The notes under the pieces: generated by a model
What the model was told of the DNA's origin: nothing
Databases searched by the model: none
The model's input: the letters and a program-made list of their open reading frames with translations, nothing else
Assembly: GCA_965655095.1 (NCBI GenBank)
Contig: OZ296648.1
Location: 110,236,001-110,300,000 of the forward strand
DNA: 64,000 nt
From: Haplodiscus bocki
Lineage: Eukaryota
Reading direction: 5' to 3'
Shown: positions 53,710-64,000 of the stretch, piece after piece
How positions within the stretch are numbered: position 1 is the stretch's first letter
Layout of the letters: each line of letters starts with the position of its first letter
Program-made: the position numbers and the translations under genes

Positions 53710-56140
53710 TTAAGTCATCGCCACACGCAGAGATGCTCTGGAGCAGCTGTTACGTCTCGCTGCTTCAGGCCTTTTAGGGCAGAAGAGGTCACACCAAAGT
53801 GGAGTAGTGAGATAGCGATGTTTATAGCGGTGATACAGCCAAACAGCAAGTACATGAAGTAACATAGAGCCAGTAAATGAAATCAAACTCGTGATCAGGA
53901 AGTGTTTAATGGAGAGATGAGATTCAAACTCCATGGAGAGCGAAGGTCGCAGCTGCGTCAGTTTAGAAGTAATAGGGCGTGCTATATCTAAGTGTTTTTC
54001 CGGGTCGCGCATTTTAGGACTTTCCAGTAAGCGTTCACGAACTTCTTTGAGTAAGGCAACTCCTGCCTCTGTCTTTGTAGAGTAATTGGGCATACCATCA
54101 GTTGCTGGTAATTCGCTCCACGGTTATTTCAAAGGATCTAGAAACTTAACATTTACTTTGATAGCCGGAAAATGTTCGCAAATACTGAGGTCGGATCTTA
54201 TCTTGATGTGAGGACCAATCATCTACCTTCCGCACTTCAAGCTGATTTTACAGGTTCGGCATGCTGGATATATCGTAATTCTATGAGACGTAGTAAATTC
54301 CATATCACATTCAAATAAAGTATGAGCGGTTATGACCGAAGTAACGAGCCAAGCTCCATAGCCTAAGTTTTCTGTTTTTTCCGTCGAAAGTAGTAGTTGT
54401 TCAGTTTCGCAATTTTGTAGAGCTTCAACGCTATCTTTGAAGTAGAGAGTTGCTAGGCAGGACTCGTGCCCCGCTTCAGTTGCAATCATGTCTACGCATA
54501 TTTCATAGCGAGTAGATCCAATACATCGTGAGAGATCATACTCACTTAAGGAGGCTGTATCATCGTTAATTTCGGAAATTGCCAAGAAAGCTGCTTCTAA
54601 TTTCCATTTAATTGCCATATCATTTTCTGGTTGTGGCATGGGGACTGCTAAAGCTCTAAAGACAGTGAACGCTGATTCCTTTGTTGCTAGATGAAATGCT
54701 ATGCGCATGATAATTCCTTGCTCCACGACTATAACATGACGTAATATTTTCGATTATTAGTAGGCTAATCTTTCATCAATAGGAATTGCTACGGAAAGTC
54801 TGTCCGTTTTTCCCCCTTGTTCCAATGCCACATTGTCTAGAATTTCTAAGAGCGATTGTCTGGGAATTAGCGACATAGGAGGATAACGATTGAGCATTGG
54901 CTGTATTGAATTGATCATGTTAATCCGATAAGTGTAAAGACCGCTTCTAGAACTTTCAGTGTTAGCAGAAGCAACTGCCAGCAATGAAAAATAGTATCAT
55001 AACTGAAAATTACTTGCTGTCGAGAGAATAACAGCTGGTCACAGTCACGTAACATATGAATGTTTTGCCCAAAGATTTCAAAATGTTCTTGTATACCTTT
55101 CCGGTCACGTTTTTGGATTTCAAGCTTTTCTTTTTGAACGGCTATAAGTGCATCAAGTTCTGTCGTAACCATGAAAAAATTGTCGTTAACGTCGCTTCGT
55201 AGTTTGAAAGCATCTTCAGATAGGAATTCCGTGAACTCTGCTATTTTCTCTATGTTAGCTGCGTTTTGTTTTGCACACTCGTGACAAGATCCAGAAATTC
55301 CTCTAAGTCCGCGTTCGTCAGTTCCAAGGGCAATTCCTGATCCAAATAATCCAACGGAAGCAAGCGCCATCATTGCAAGTGACGCTGCCCTCAACGACGT
55401 TTTGCGCTCAGAAGCGGCGCCTTGTGCCGTGTTCAGGAAAGATGAAGTAAGTTGCTGAGAGCGATAAGCTCTTGCTCTGCAAGACGAATTTCGTGCTTGA
55501 ACTAGATGTAATAGCCAATCAAAATCGAAAGAAGAATCATTCTTCTGGAAATTGGAAGAGTAGTCCAGATGACATTGCACACTCGGGTGGCTCGAGGGCT
55601 TTCCCAGTTTTGCTAAGTAGGCGCCTGGTTCGGCACTCACGTTCATGTCGGAGTTTGGAAAGGGAACCAAAAAATCATCATTATTTAAACTTTTCAGCCA
55701 ACAGGATTTTTGCAAAGTGGTCGGAAAAAAAACCTTGTCCGAGTACTGCACCAGAATTTTGGTCGGCAAAAATGTCCGAGTTCCATTCAGTCGGGGCGGC
55801 AATTGCAGCCAGTAGGAGGGAAACCACTCAAAAAAATGCGGCGTAAAAAACATTGCACGTTAGGAGTCAGGAGGAAAAAAAAACAACATCGGCGAAAACC
55901 TTGCGAGCAGTTTTGTTTTTGGAAAAGATACTCCAACTTTTTCAGAGCTTCGAAAATGTCTTTCTGGAAGAGAGTCGGAATTGTTGTCCTGCAATGCTGT
56001 GAAGACAAGACTTGCATCAGTGGGCATCGTGTGCCAAAAAGGCTGCCGGCTTGAAGCTGGGAACAGAGGGATGAGGCAGATGAAACTGACCTTTGGAGAA
56101 AGTCGCGCGTGGTTAACCTTCTCATCATTCTGTACTTCAT
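53710..56140 (-). pseudogene. env: env-like fusion glycoprotein, frameshifted over five ORFs
   Basis: ORFs 55787..56140, 54915..55853, 54757..54984, 54223..54726 and 53710..54093. Features: a degenerate basic site followed by a fusion-peptide-like RKTSLRAASLAMMALASVGLFGSGIALG, heptad-like helix (AANIEKIAEF...LDALIAVQKE), Cys-rich region (LSRCIGSTRYEIC...ESCLATLY...QNC), and a C-terminal TM (FLITSLISFTGSMLLHVLAVWLY). It is the last ORF before the PPT. Confidence 0.8.
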
Positions 56141-56691
56141 TATGAAACGTTTACGGTAAATAAAATGCAGGTGACAGGAGGCTGTGAGGGTGTTCGAACT
56201 GCGCCTTATTCAGTAAGTGTTGCAAATGATGCTTTTTGTGGTATTACAGAAGTGGTAGAAAGATTGTAGGATAGAATCTGTAGACTTTATGTTATTAAAA
56301 GCTTAGGATTGGGTTGAAAAAATGTTTGGTGAGTGAAGAATGTATTTTGTATAGTTCCAGCTGAGAGTTCAGTATAGAAGTGTTATGAACTGGAAAAGTT
56401 CAGAGCTTGTTGGATTAATGGTAATCTTTGATATTTAGTGCAGGTAAAGGATGTTGAAGAATCAATGCAAACAAGACTGGCTCATTTACAGTCAACTTTT
56501 TGCACAAAAGAGGCTTGGGAAGCGCATGGCTGAACACCAATCCCTGCAGTCAGGTGCTCTGGATTATCGTGGCAACAAATCAGCCAAAAGGTAGGTAAAG
56601 AGCTACAAGTATCGCTTCGGGCTGGAAGAAATAAAATGCATGTGGAAATTCAAGAACAAGGGGTTTTACTTTGAATACAACACTTTTGAAT

Positions 56692-57125
56692 CTACTGGAC
56701 AATGCAAGCAAAAGGAACTCTGCTTCTATTGGCGAGGGGCTGGAAAAATTTGGGGTGACCGTAAAGACGTTGCAATATCAAGTTATGTTGATGGATAAGC
56801 CCTCGCGTGGATGGGCTATTGACTTCGATCAACATGCAGAATATGAAATCCCCGACAACTTGAAGCATTGTGCTTGTAATGGTATTATGAGTAAAACTGT
56901 ATGGTTTCCTGAAACCCATATAGAGATCGGAGCCGATGAATCAATTGAATATGTGGCACGGGGGAACGATTGCAGAGCGTGGAGCTGCCTCCACTCATTT
57001 ATTCCATCAAGTGAAATGTTTGGGATATCCAATGAATTTTTTGCAGCGTGGTCCTGTAAAGAAGTATGCGAACAAATTATGGTTTTACGGAAGGTCTGCT
57101 CCCAGTATTTTCGTGCAACGTGCAT
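56692..57125 (-). pseudogene. Unknown accessory ORF of the LTR element (two overlapping frames, probably one frameshifted gene)
   Basis: ORFs 56829..57125 and 56692..56919 overlap on the element's sense strand between pol and env. No recognised motif. Confidence 0.35.
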
Positions 57126-58297
57126 TATTTGCTCATTCTATAGTTACCCAACAAAATAATTTTGTGGTGGCATCCGGATGGGCAGCATCTAACTTCTCAG
57201 ATGAGGCTCGTCATGGGCAACTAACTAACAACTATTCCTGAGGGCTCCGTAAAACTTACAGAGCGTACATCTAGTCTTTGTCTCTTGAAGACGCAAAAGA
57301 ACTTACTATCCAGCTGGAGCAAAGAAATGGGCTATCCGATATCGTACGTTACTTCTAGCCGTTATAAAAACAATGGAAAAGTATTCAACCATCTGTGCGC
57401 GGGCGGCGAATGATACCGAAGAAAAGTTTCTAAAATTACCTACTGTGAGAAAGCTGCCGAGCGAAAAAAAGACCAAGAAACGGTAAGTGTCTTGCAATAA
57501 ATTGGTCAACACATGATTGTTCAATGGCGTATTCCTCTCTTCGGAATGTTGCTAGCAAAGCACAATTGTTGGCTTACAGAGTTGAAGAAGCAAGCAGCAC
57601 TTCATGCGAAAATTATTATGCTTGGAATGAATTTGGCTGTGAGAGGTGTTCATGAGCCATCATTATCTGATTTGTCAACTGAAACAAATCCAATTTATGT
57701 TTATGTGCAAAGGTATGGCTCTCAATTGTACGCCCCGCTGATGAAAGGAAGGGCAGGTAATAATAAAAAATCATGAACTAGAAAACTCTAGCGAAAAATT
57801 GTCATAGTAGAGTTTCCAGGCAGGCCAAAATTTTTTTTGTTTCGAAAAATAGGCCCATCCAAGAATACAAAAGCTGGAAGAGAAAAAGAGGTACCATCAG
57901 AAACTACCGGACATCAGTCAACTTTTTTAAGGGATTTTCCAAATTCGGCGAAAAACTTTTGTTTTTCTTTCAAATTATTAAACTTTTACCAGAATGAGGT
58001 TGCTTCCTGCAAAAATGTGAGGCCTTCCAGCAATTTCGGAATCAAAACAACACGAAGCGCAGTAAAGAAAAAAGCAGCGAACATCCTACGTACTGTTGCT
58101 GTTTTTGTGTTTTTTTCGAGATGGTGTTTTGGATCTGTTCATATTTCAAATTATAATCAGTCTCTACAATAAAGGCTGCAGCTGCCTGTGCTGTATAAAA
58201 AAGTAGGTAAAATGAAGGTCAATTTCGATGAATGGCAAACTTAAAAGGTTGTTAATCTAAGAATTGAGGAGAATCTAATGAGTTTGTGCTTGAAGCG

Positions 58298-58627
58298 TCA
58301 GTCATGATGATTGTGCCAGGCCATCGATTGCATGGCAAAGACATCAAGGTGATTCAGCCAGTCGGCGAAGGAATCTTGGTTGGCTGTTTTGGGGTCACGG
58401 GCGGCGCATGCGATCAAATCGTTCCAAGCCGGAGTGTTGGGATAAATGGGGTCATGCCAATGCAAAAAGTGGCCATAGTTCCATCGGCGGAATGTCAAAA
58501 TCGGTGGCGGGTAACCAAATTCATCGCTAATGCCGACCAGAAGAACTCTTCCGAATACGTCGGAAATGTAGTAATCGTGGGAAAAATGCCAATTTAAACG
58601 GTGGATTTGCGAAAACTGAGACGTCAC
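58298..58627 (-). CDS. Unknown 109-aa Trp/His-rich accessory ORF (paralog 1)
   Basis: Uninterrupted ORF on the element's sense strand (starts at a GTG). Its coding nature is supported by a diverged paralog at 59001-59296. Confidence 0.55.
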   Translation of the reverse strand: MTSQFSQIHRLNWHFSHDYYISDVFGRVLLVGISDEFGYPPPILTFRRWNYGHFLHWHDPIYPNTPAWNDLIACAARDPKTANQDSFADWLNHLDVFAMQSMAWHNHHD

Positions 58628-59000
58628 GAAGATATTAGCATATTCTCAAGAAAATTCGACAATAATGAGGGCGGTCAATCGTTCTCATATGCCCAAGAAA
58701 TTCCAACTGCAATTCAGAATGTTTGTCTACTAACAAGAAAAACTGACGCCAAAGAAATTTTGTCCTACTGAATGAACAACGTACAATTCCTAAACTGGAT
58801 TTTGGAAACTCAGATATCATGACTCAATTGAAAAACTGTTTTTTTTTGTTTTTGTGTTTTTTGTTTTCTTTTTTTCTCAAGTTACCAGTACATAAAAACT
58901 GAAGTATGGAAGTTCAGGTAAAGATAGTTCTGGCTATAAGAGTGATTAAAGTCGTGATATCACTAACTGCAGTGGCTAAAACTAACGAATGGCTTTGAAA

Positions 59001-59296
59001 TTATCTGGCCATCCAGTCAATGAGGTTTTCAACTAAGTTGAAGTCATGAGCATGGGGAGCAGTGGCACTCATGACTGTGCTCCATTCTGGTGATTCTGGG
59101 TAGATTGTAAAGTCTCTGTATAAGAGGGATCCTTGACTTCAATAACGGATTGCGCAGTCCACTCGGGGGCGATGTATGAAGGGGTCACTCTCCAGACCAC
59201 AGGAACACCATGAGTGTCGCATGTGTATCCAGTGATGGGTTTTTCCGAATTAAACCACTCATGGTGTTAGCATACGTTGAATATCTGATTGAAGAT
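59001..59296 (-). pseudogene. Unknown accessory ORF (paralog 2), one internal stop and one frameshift
   Basis: Manual translation IFNQIFNVC*HHEWF...YTCDTHGVPVVW.../LLYRDFTIYPESPEWSTVMSATAPHAHDFNLVENLIDWMAR* shares F.QI, D..G.P, IYP..P.W and DW(L/M) with 58298..58627. Confidence 0.55.
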
Positions 59297-60097
59297 TTAT
59301 GATGACAGTGAAAAATCTGTGTTTTTAAAGAGGCTGATGAGATAAATGATGATTGATCCAAAATCTTTAGGCGATATCAGGTGTCAAGTCACAAGACAAT
59401 GAAGAACAATGTGCGCCTTTGTGGCTGCTCGACTGTGATAAGTCAGTCAGCAAAATCTTACAGCGCTCCCGTATCAGCATATTGACGGGTGGAGTCAATC
59501 AAAGCACCCCATTCAAATGTATGCGTTAAGACATTATCTTCATCAAACACCAGCATTTGGTAAAGCCACCGCTGTGTATATATTCGACGACATGCTGGAG
59601 TAAGTCCGCGATGTTCAATTCCTCTAATCGTGAGGATTTGGAATATCTCGCACGTTAAAGTACGGTGCTGTCAGCCCCGAAAGATTATTCGTTGTCGTCG
59701 TTGCTTGTAATTTATTCTCTTTCAAATGATATAAGGACTTTCGAAAAATTGAAGTTGAAGTGTTTACTGATAAGAAAGGGTTGACACATGGTACTTCAAC
59801 TTAAAGTGATTCCTCTAGTCAGAACGGTCAGACTGAACATCGCCACATTTCTGATCAGACTTTTTAGCAAACAGGTAATCGTTTGTGACATTTCTCCGTG
59901 TGGCGTGTCACGGTCGTTGCGGTCATTCGTGGTAGGGCATTTGAGCATACCTTTCAGATCTCAATTCCGAGCTTTACTCATTTCTCGATCATGTCGTTAC
60001 GTTTCCCCATCTGAGGAACATTCCTCTGCAATCAACATATTTTGCGAATTGTCGAAATTTGAATCTCAGTAGGAAAGTTTCAACGAAAAGTGTGCTT

Positions 60098-60538
60098 TCA
60101 AAATTTGTTACCAGTTTCATCATAACTTTTGTCAAGTTCACATCCAATTTGAGGTAAGTGAACTACATTAATGTTATTCTGTAACATGTCACTTTTCATG
60201 CAACAAAGGCATTTATTTACGTCAAAATGGGTCGGTTTGTCAAAAGAATGTGGTTTTGTCACTAAATTATACATCCAGTTGTTACTTGATGCATTAAAAA
60301 ATGCTATCAGTGAACCTGTTGTTAAGTTAAAGTGAGTTTTCCGTACTTCGGACGATCCTGGGAAAATTCGAACGAATTGGGTCGCAATCCCAGCTGACAT
60401 TGCTGGGTCAGACGAAACGCATTGAGCAAAAGTTGCTCGTGGATTGCTAAAAACGTCACTTTCACAAATTGTAATGTTAGGCGATAACTCTGCTTTCTTT
60501 TGAATCGCGTCGTAAATATTTACTTGAAATCGTGTCAA
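60098..60538 (-). CDS. TARG1/OARD1 (Poa1p-like) macrodomain, C-terminus degenerate
   Basis: ESDVFS..FAQCVSSDPAMSAGIATQF...WMYNLVTK...KPT...LPQIGCELDK matches the TARG1 signature GDLF..LAHCISEDCRMGAGIAVLF...YIYYLITK...KPTY...MPRIGCGLDR. The final W-containing helix is missing. Confidence 0.85.
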   Translation of the reverse strand: MTRFQVNIYDAIQKKAELSPNITICESDVFSNPRATFAQCVSSDPAMSAGIATQFVRIFPGSSEVRKTHFNLTTGSLIAFFNASSNNWMYNLVTKPHSFDKPTHFDVNKCLCCMKSDMLQNNINVVHLPQIGCELDKSYDETGNKF

Positions 60539-61379
60539 ATAAAATCACTAGAAGGAGTAGGTTGTCCTGTATTGGATCTTCCTAGATAGCGATGCTTCAA
60601 AATGAATGTTGCGGGCGATCGGCCGCTTTGTGGCACTGGAATTTGAGATTGCGAGAGCTGTTGTCCAGTCGACTGTGCTATAGTTTATAGGTGATCATGT
60701 TTTTCAGCACGCGTAGGCGGTGTTTCCGTCTGCTGAGCTAAATAGGCATAATAACCACCTGTTAATTGTTTGCGGTTAGGGATCTGTCGAAAATGATCCT
60801 ATTTGTCAAATACTATGCTTGATGGCTGCAGTTGGACCGTGGATTCGATCACTGGACTCTTTGTAGGAATCCGTGAGCGTGCTACCGTTCCCGATCAGTC
60901 AACCGAAAGACTAGGAAAGTTTTCGTTCTTGAAACGTGATACGGTTTCTTGCGCTGGCACGCCGGGCTGAGAATATCGTCGTGTACATGAGCCGGGGTCA
61001 TTTGTAGGTTAGGTTCTGGAAAAATAAGGTTTTCCTGTTCTACCGGAATTTCTGGGTGAGGTGCGGGTGGTGGTGGGAACGAGAGCATGCGCCAGCCCCA
61101 TGAAAATAAGGTTGAGCATCAGCTTGCGCTGGTGCTTCAAAGTGTTTACAGCCGGGGCCGCAACTGCGGGTGCAGCGATCGCACCTCGTATAGTATGCTG
61201 TACTTCATCGTCACTTTTTTTGCGGTGTATCAGGGATTTGATAGAACATCGTGTCCTCAAATGATTGCTCCCCTGCAAAGTCAAAAATTTCATAGTCGGA
61301 ATGATCCTTTCCCAAACTGGGATCGGGTCGGATATCATCCATTAATACAAAAATGTCATCAAAATCATAATTAGGTGTT

Positions 61380-62420
61380 ATCGGTCGCAGCCGAATGCGA
61401 TGAACGCATTTTGTATGAGGAGTACCAACTTTTCGTATCAGGTAGTCGAACTTTGTCAGAATTTTTTCAACTTCATACAGTGAGAGTCAAATCGAGGACT
61501 TAGCAGCAAAATCACTCGGCCTAAGCAAAGAAGGATTCAAAAATAAGCAGTACTTGTGGTTGGCCAACGGTTTTGCTGCTGCTTTTTTATCGTAGTAGGT
61601 ACGATATTTGGGATAGGCATCCAACAATCTAGATTTTGTGTGATAATTGTTCCAAGAGTAAATCTTGCAACGCCACCAGATAATCTGAGGTAAGCTCTTT
61701 CTTTGGAACGTGGCTTCGGAATCTCAAGTTTATAGGTTTTATTGGCTGTCTACCAAGAAACAATGAGCTGAGAGTACATCTAATCGAAGAAAGGTAAGAA
61801 ATAGTATGAATAAACGTAGGTAGGTTGACGTACCGATACCATTTATTCCAACTTCTGTCCGTATCAAGTTTAAGAATGCGTTTTAATGCCGAACGTCATC
61901 GTTTAACTATTCCAATAGTTTGAGGATGCTTCAAAGAAGCGTGTTGTAACTGACATTCAAATAAATCATTCCGTTCATGTTGTTATTTTGCTACAAGGCT
62001 GGTTTCTAAGTCAGTCAGAACTGTCGTAGGAGTGTAGCTGTGTTGAAAAAAATTTGAGACTCTACTGCATTCGCTACACCTCCGGCGTGTGCCGATGTTA
62101 GCGAGGCTGCACACAGACATTTAGATAATACATCAATGCCTGAGAGAGCATATTCGTAAATCGGTGAGTGGAGAGGACCAACCATGTCAATTTGCATCAC
62201 ATCTCCCGGAAAAAGTTGTTCGTTGAGATTGGCTGCAAGGGAGGGTTCAACTGCTTTTTGTTAACTCTTTTCAGTGTCGAACATGAGAGACACTTTTTGA
62301 TGTATTCTGCGAGGAAGTCTGTGAACCCCGGAAAGTAGAATCTTCTACGAAACTCTTGAGCGGTTCGGACAACTCCGAGGGAACCAGCTGTCGGTGAGTT
62401 GTGAACTCTATAGATTACTT
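61380..62420 (-). pseudogene. Integrase (Zn-binding region, catalytic core, GPY/F-like C-terminus), disrupted
   Basis: IYRVHNSPTAGSLGVVRTAQEFRRRFYFPG...IKKCLSC (~62270-62415); QIDMVGPL...YALSGIDVLSK (ORF 62015..62200); SLKHPQTIG (~61910-61940); YEVEKILTKFDYLIRKVGT...VHRIRLRP (~61385-61478). Confidence 0.88.
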
Positions 62421-63049
62421 ATCGCAAATGTTTTGCAATGCCCACTTGATGATGCGAAAACTTTCAACATCATCAAAAAATTGACGAGTTAAAATTACTT
62501 TTTGTAGTTGGAAACGCCAAAGGTTCTTATGATTTTTTTTAGTTAAAATGAAGCATATATAATAACCTCTGTGCCTCCTTTTTGAAACCAGGCCATAACC
62601 TTTCGTAAGCTGGATTTTTTTTTCTGCTCTGTCTGAATGTCTGTCGCTCGTGTGTTCGAAATTGACGTTTCAAAGAAATTCAATGGGTAATTTGCTTGGA
62701 TTGAATTAATTTCAGGTTCCTTTTTTCCAAGCAAAAAGTTCAATTGTCTCTTTTAGTAAAGCTATTTTCAAGAATTTCGTTTCAGTTAGTAATTAAATTT
62801 TGTAAAGCATCGTTATCTTGTAATTGGGCCAAGAGGTGTTGCGGTATTTGAGGTTGTTTGGTTTTATTTAAGGCACTGTCCGATTCTACCAACAGCATGT
62901 ACTCATCGGGTGTTTTGACTTTCATATTTATATCAATTTCTTTCATTGGAATTGCGTCGAGCAATTGTAGTTCCAAGCTGACTTGGATCAGTTGGCATTC
63001 TCGAAAGAAAAAAAGACTATGTTAAAGGAGATCACTCTATCCATAAAAC

Positions 63050-64000
63050 ACTTAGTGATGGGTGAAGTAATTTTGACTGAAAAAAACTCGTGAGACTTTT
63101 GTCATCGGTTAAAACAATGACCGGTCTTTTGCACCCGAAATGAAATGAGAAAAATTTTCTAAAGCAAAATAAAGTGTTAAAACATCTTTAAAACAACGTA
63201 GACATTTTTCAACGGTTCAAATTGTGAGAACCAAATGACAGTGGTGCGTAAGATTATTTGTTTGTTGTCCAGGTTTGGCTAGTCTGAGGGTGGTTGTGAT
63301 GATTCGTAAAAGATCTTTCTTTATGGTTTCAAAAGTTCAAGAACGATCATCACTCAAGGAAAATTCAGCATCTTTCCGAAGTAATTTATACCAAGGCATC
63401 AAACTTTGAGCTAGGTTAGGCATAAATGTGCAAAAAAACAAGACAAAACCAACCAATCCTTTTACTTGTCTAGCTGTTGCCGTTAATTTCATTGTCTTAA
63501 AAGATTTCTATACTTTCGCAGGTTCCGGTATAAAAGCTTTGGGTGTGATTGTGTTACCAAGAAAGTCTATCGAGGTCATGCCAAATTCACACTTGTGAGG
63601 GGTCAATCCAATTCCTGATTCAAATATTTGTCTAAGTGTGTGGACCAGTTGTTCAAATGTCTCCACTCCACATCCGATAACGTCCATGAATTGTGTAGGA
63701 TGTTAGCCGCGAGGCAAGAATCAAGGTAATACCTGACAAAAGAGCTAAATCACTGATTTGTTGAAGCCTCGAGTTTATCTTGTGTAAGCGTTTGTTTTCG
63801 AGGCAAAGTTGAAAAATAGGAGGTGGACTGATAAGGGGTCAGCCATTTTTACACAATGATACGATTGTGAACAATCTAAATTGGTAAACTAAGTCTTTCC
63901 TGCAAAATGATTAACGGCGTCTGTAATGTTTGAAATTGGGAAATTGTCATCGCTGTAATCACTTCGAAGGAAGTGATTAACACGCCTCAACTCAATCAAT
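63050..64000 (-). pseudogene. pol: Reverse transcriptase and RNase H, disrupted, truncated by the window end
   Basis: LIELRRVN...FPISNITDAVNHFAGKT*FTNLDCSQSYH; QFMDVIG (degenerate YxDD, ~63670-63693); LTPHKCEFGMTSIDFLG; VKGLVGFV; RNase H PVIVLTDDKSLTSFF (~63085-63125). Confidence 0.9.

Larger units (their letters stand above)
52846..64000 (-). mobile_element. Decayed Gypsy/Ty3-like LTR retroelement with env and accessory ORFs; 5' part lies beyond the window
   Basis: Order on the minus strand is RT, RNase H, integrase, macrodomain/accessory ORFs, env, PPT, TG-starting LTR. RT-RH-INT is the Gypsy/retroviral order. Numerous stops and frameshifts. Confidence 0.9.

Noticed and set aside
55472-61374. 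Plus-strand ORFs over the LTR element (55472..55846, 56671..57159, 58286..58597, 61087..61374 and others)
   Set aside because: They are antisense shadows of the minus-strand env, accessory and pol-tail sequences, with no independent motifs.

Overview
Eukaryotic, AT-rich, repeat-dense DNA, probably from an invertebrate animal (inferred from spliceosomal introns and the Helitron, CACTA and env-bearing Gypsy remnants). Left to right: (1) a decayed Helitron Rep region (1-~3100, +); (2) a 36.7-kb head-to-tail array of exactly 23 units of ~1.6 kb (4179-40875), apparently amplified in situ from the middle of an unidentified decayed minus-strand coding sequence; most ORFs in the supplied track are repeated shadows of this unit; (3) a decayed EnSpm/CACTA-type transposase (+); (4) two clean, phase-compatible minus-strand exons (50868-51211, 47865-48065), plus a candidate first exon, of a mitochondrial malonyl-CoA:ACP transacylase (MCAT/FabD)-like gene whose catalytic Ser motif reads GFDVG and whose FPGQG motif reads FPGTL, i.e. 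a likely pseudoenzyme, with no 3' exons found in the window; (5) a decayed minus-strand Gypsy-like LTR element (RT-RNaseH-integrase ... env, PPT, 3' LTR) carrying an accessory block between pol and env with a TARG1/OARD1-like macrodomain and a duplicated pair of unknown ~100-aa ORFs. All homology calls are by-eye motif recognition; no searches were run.
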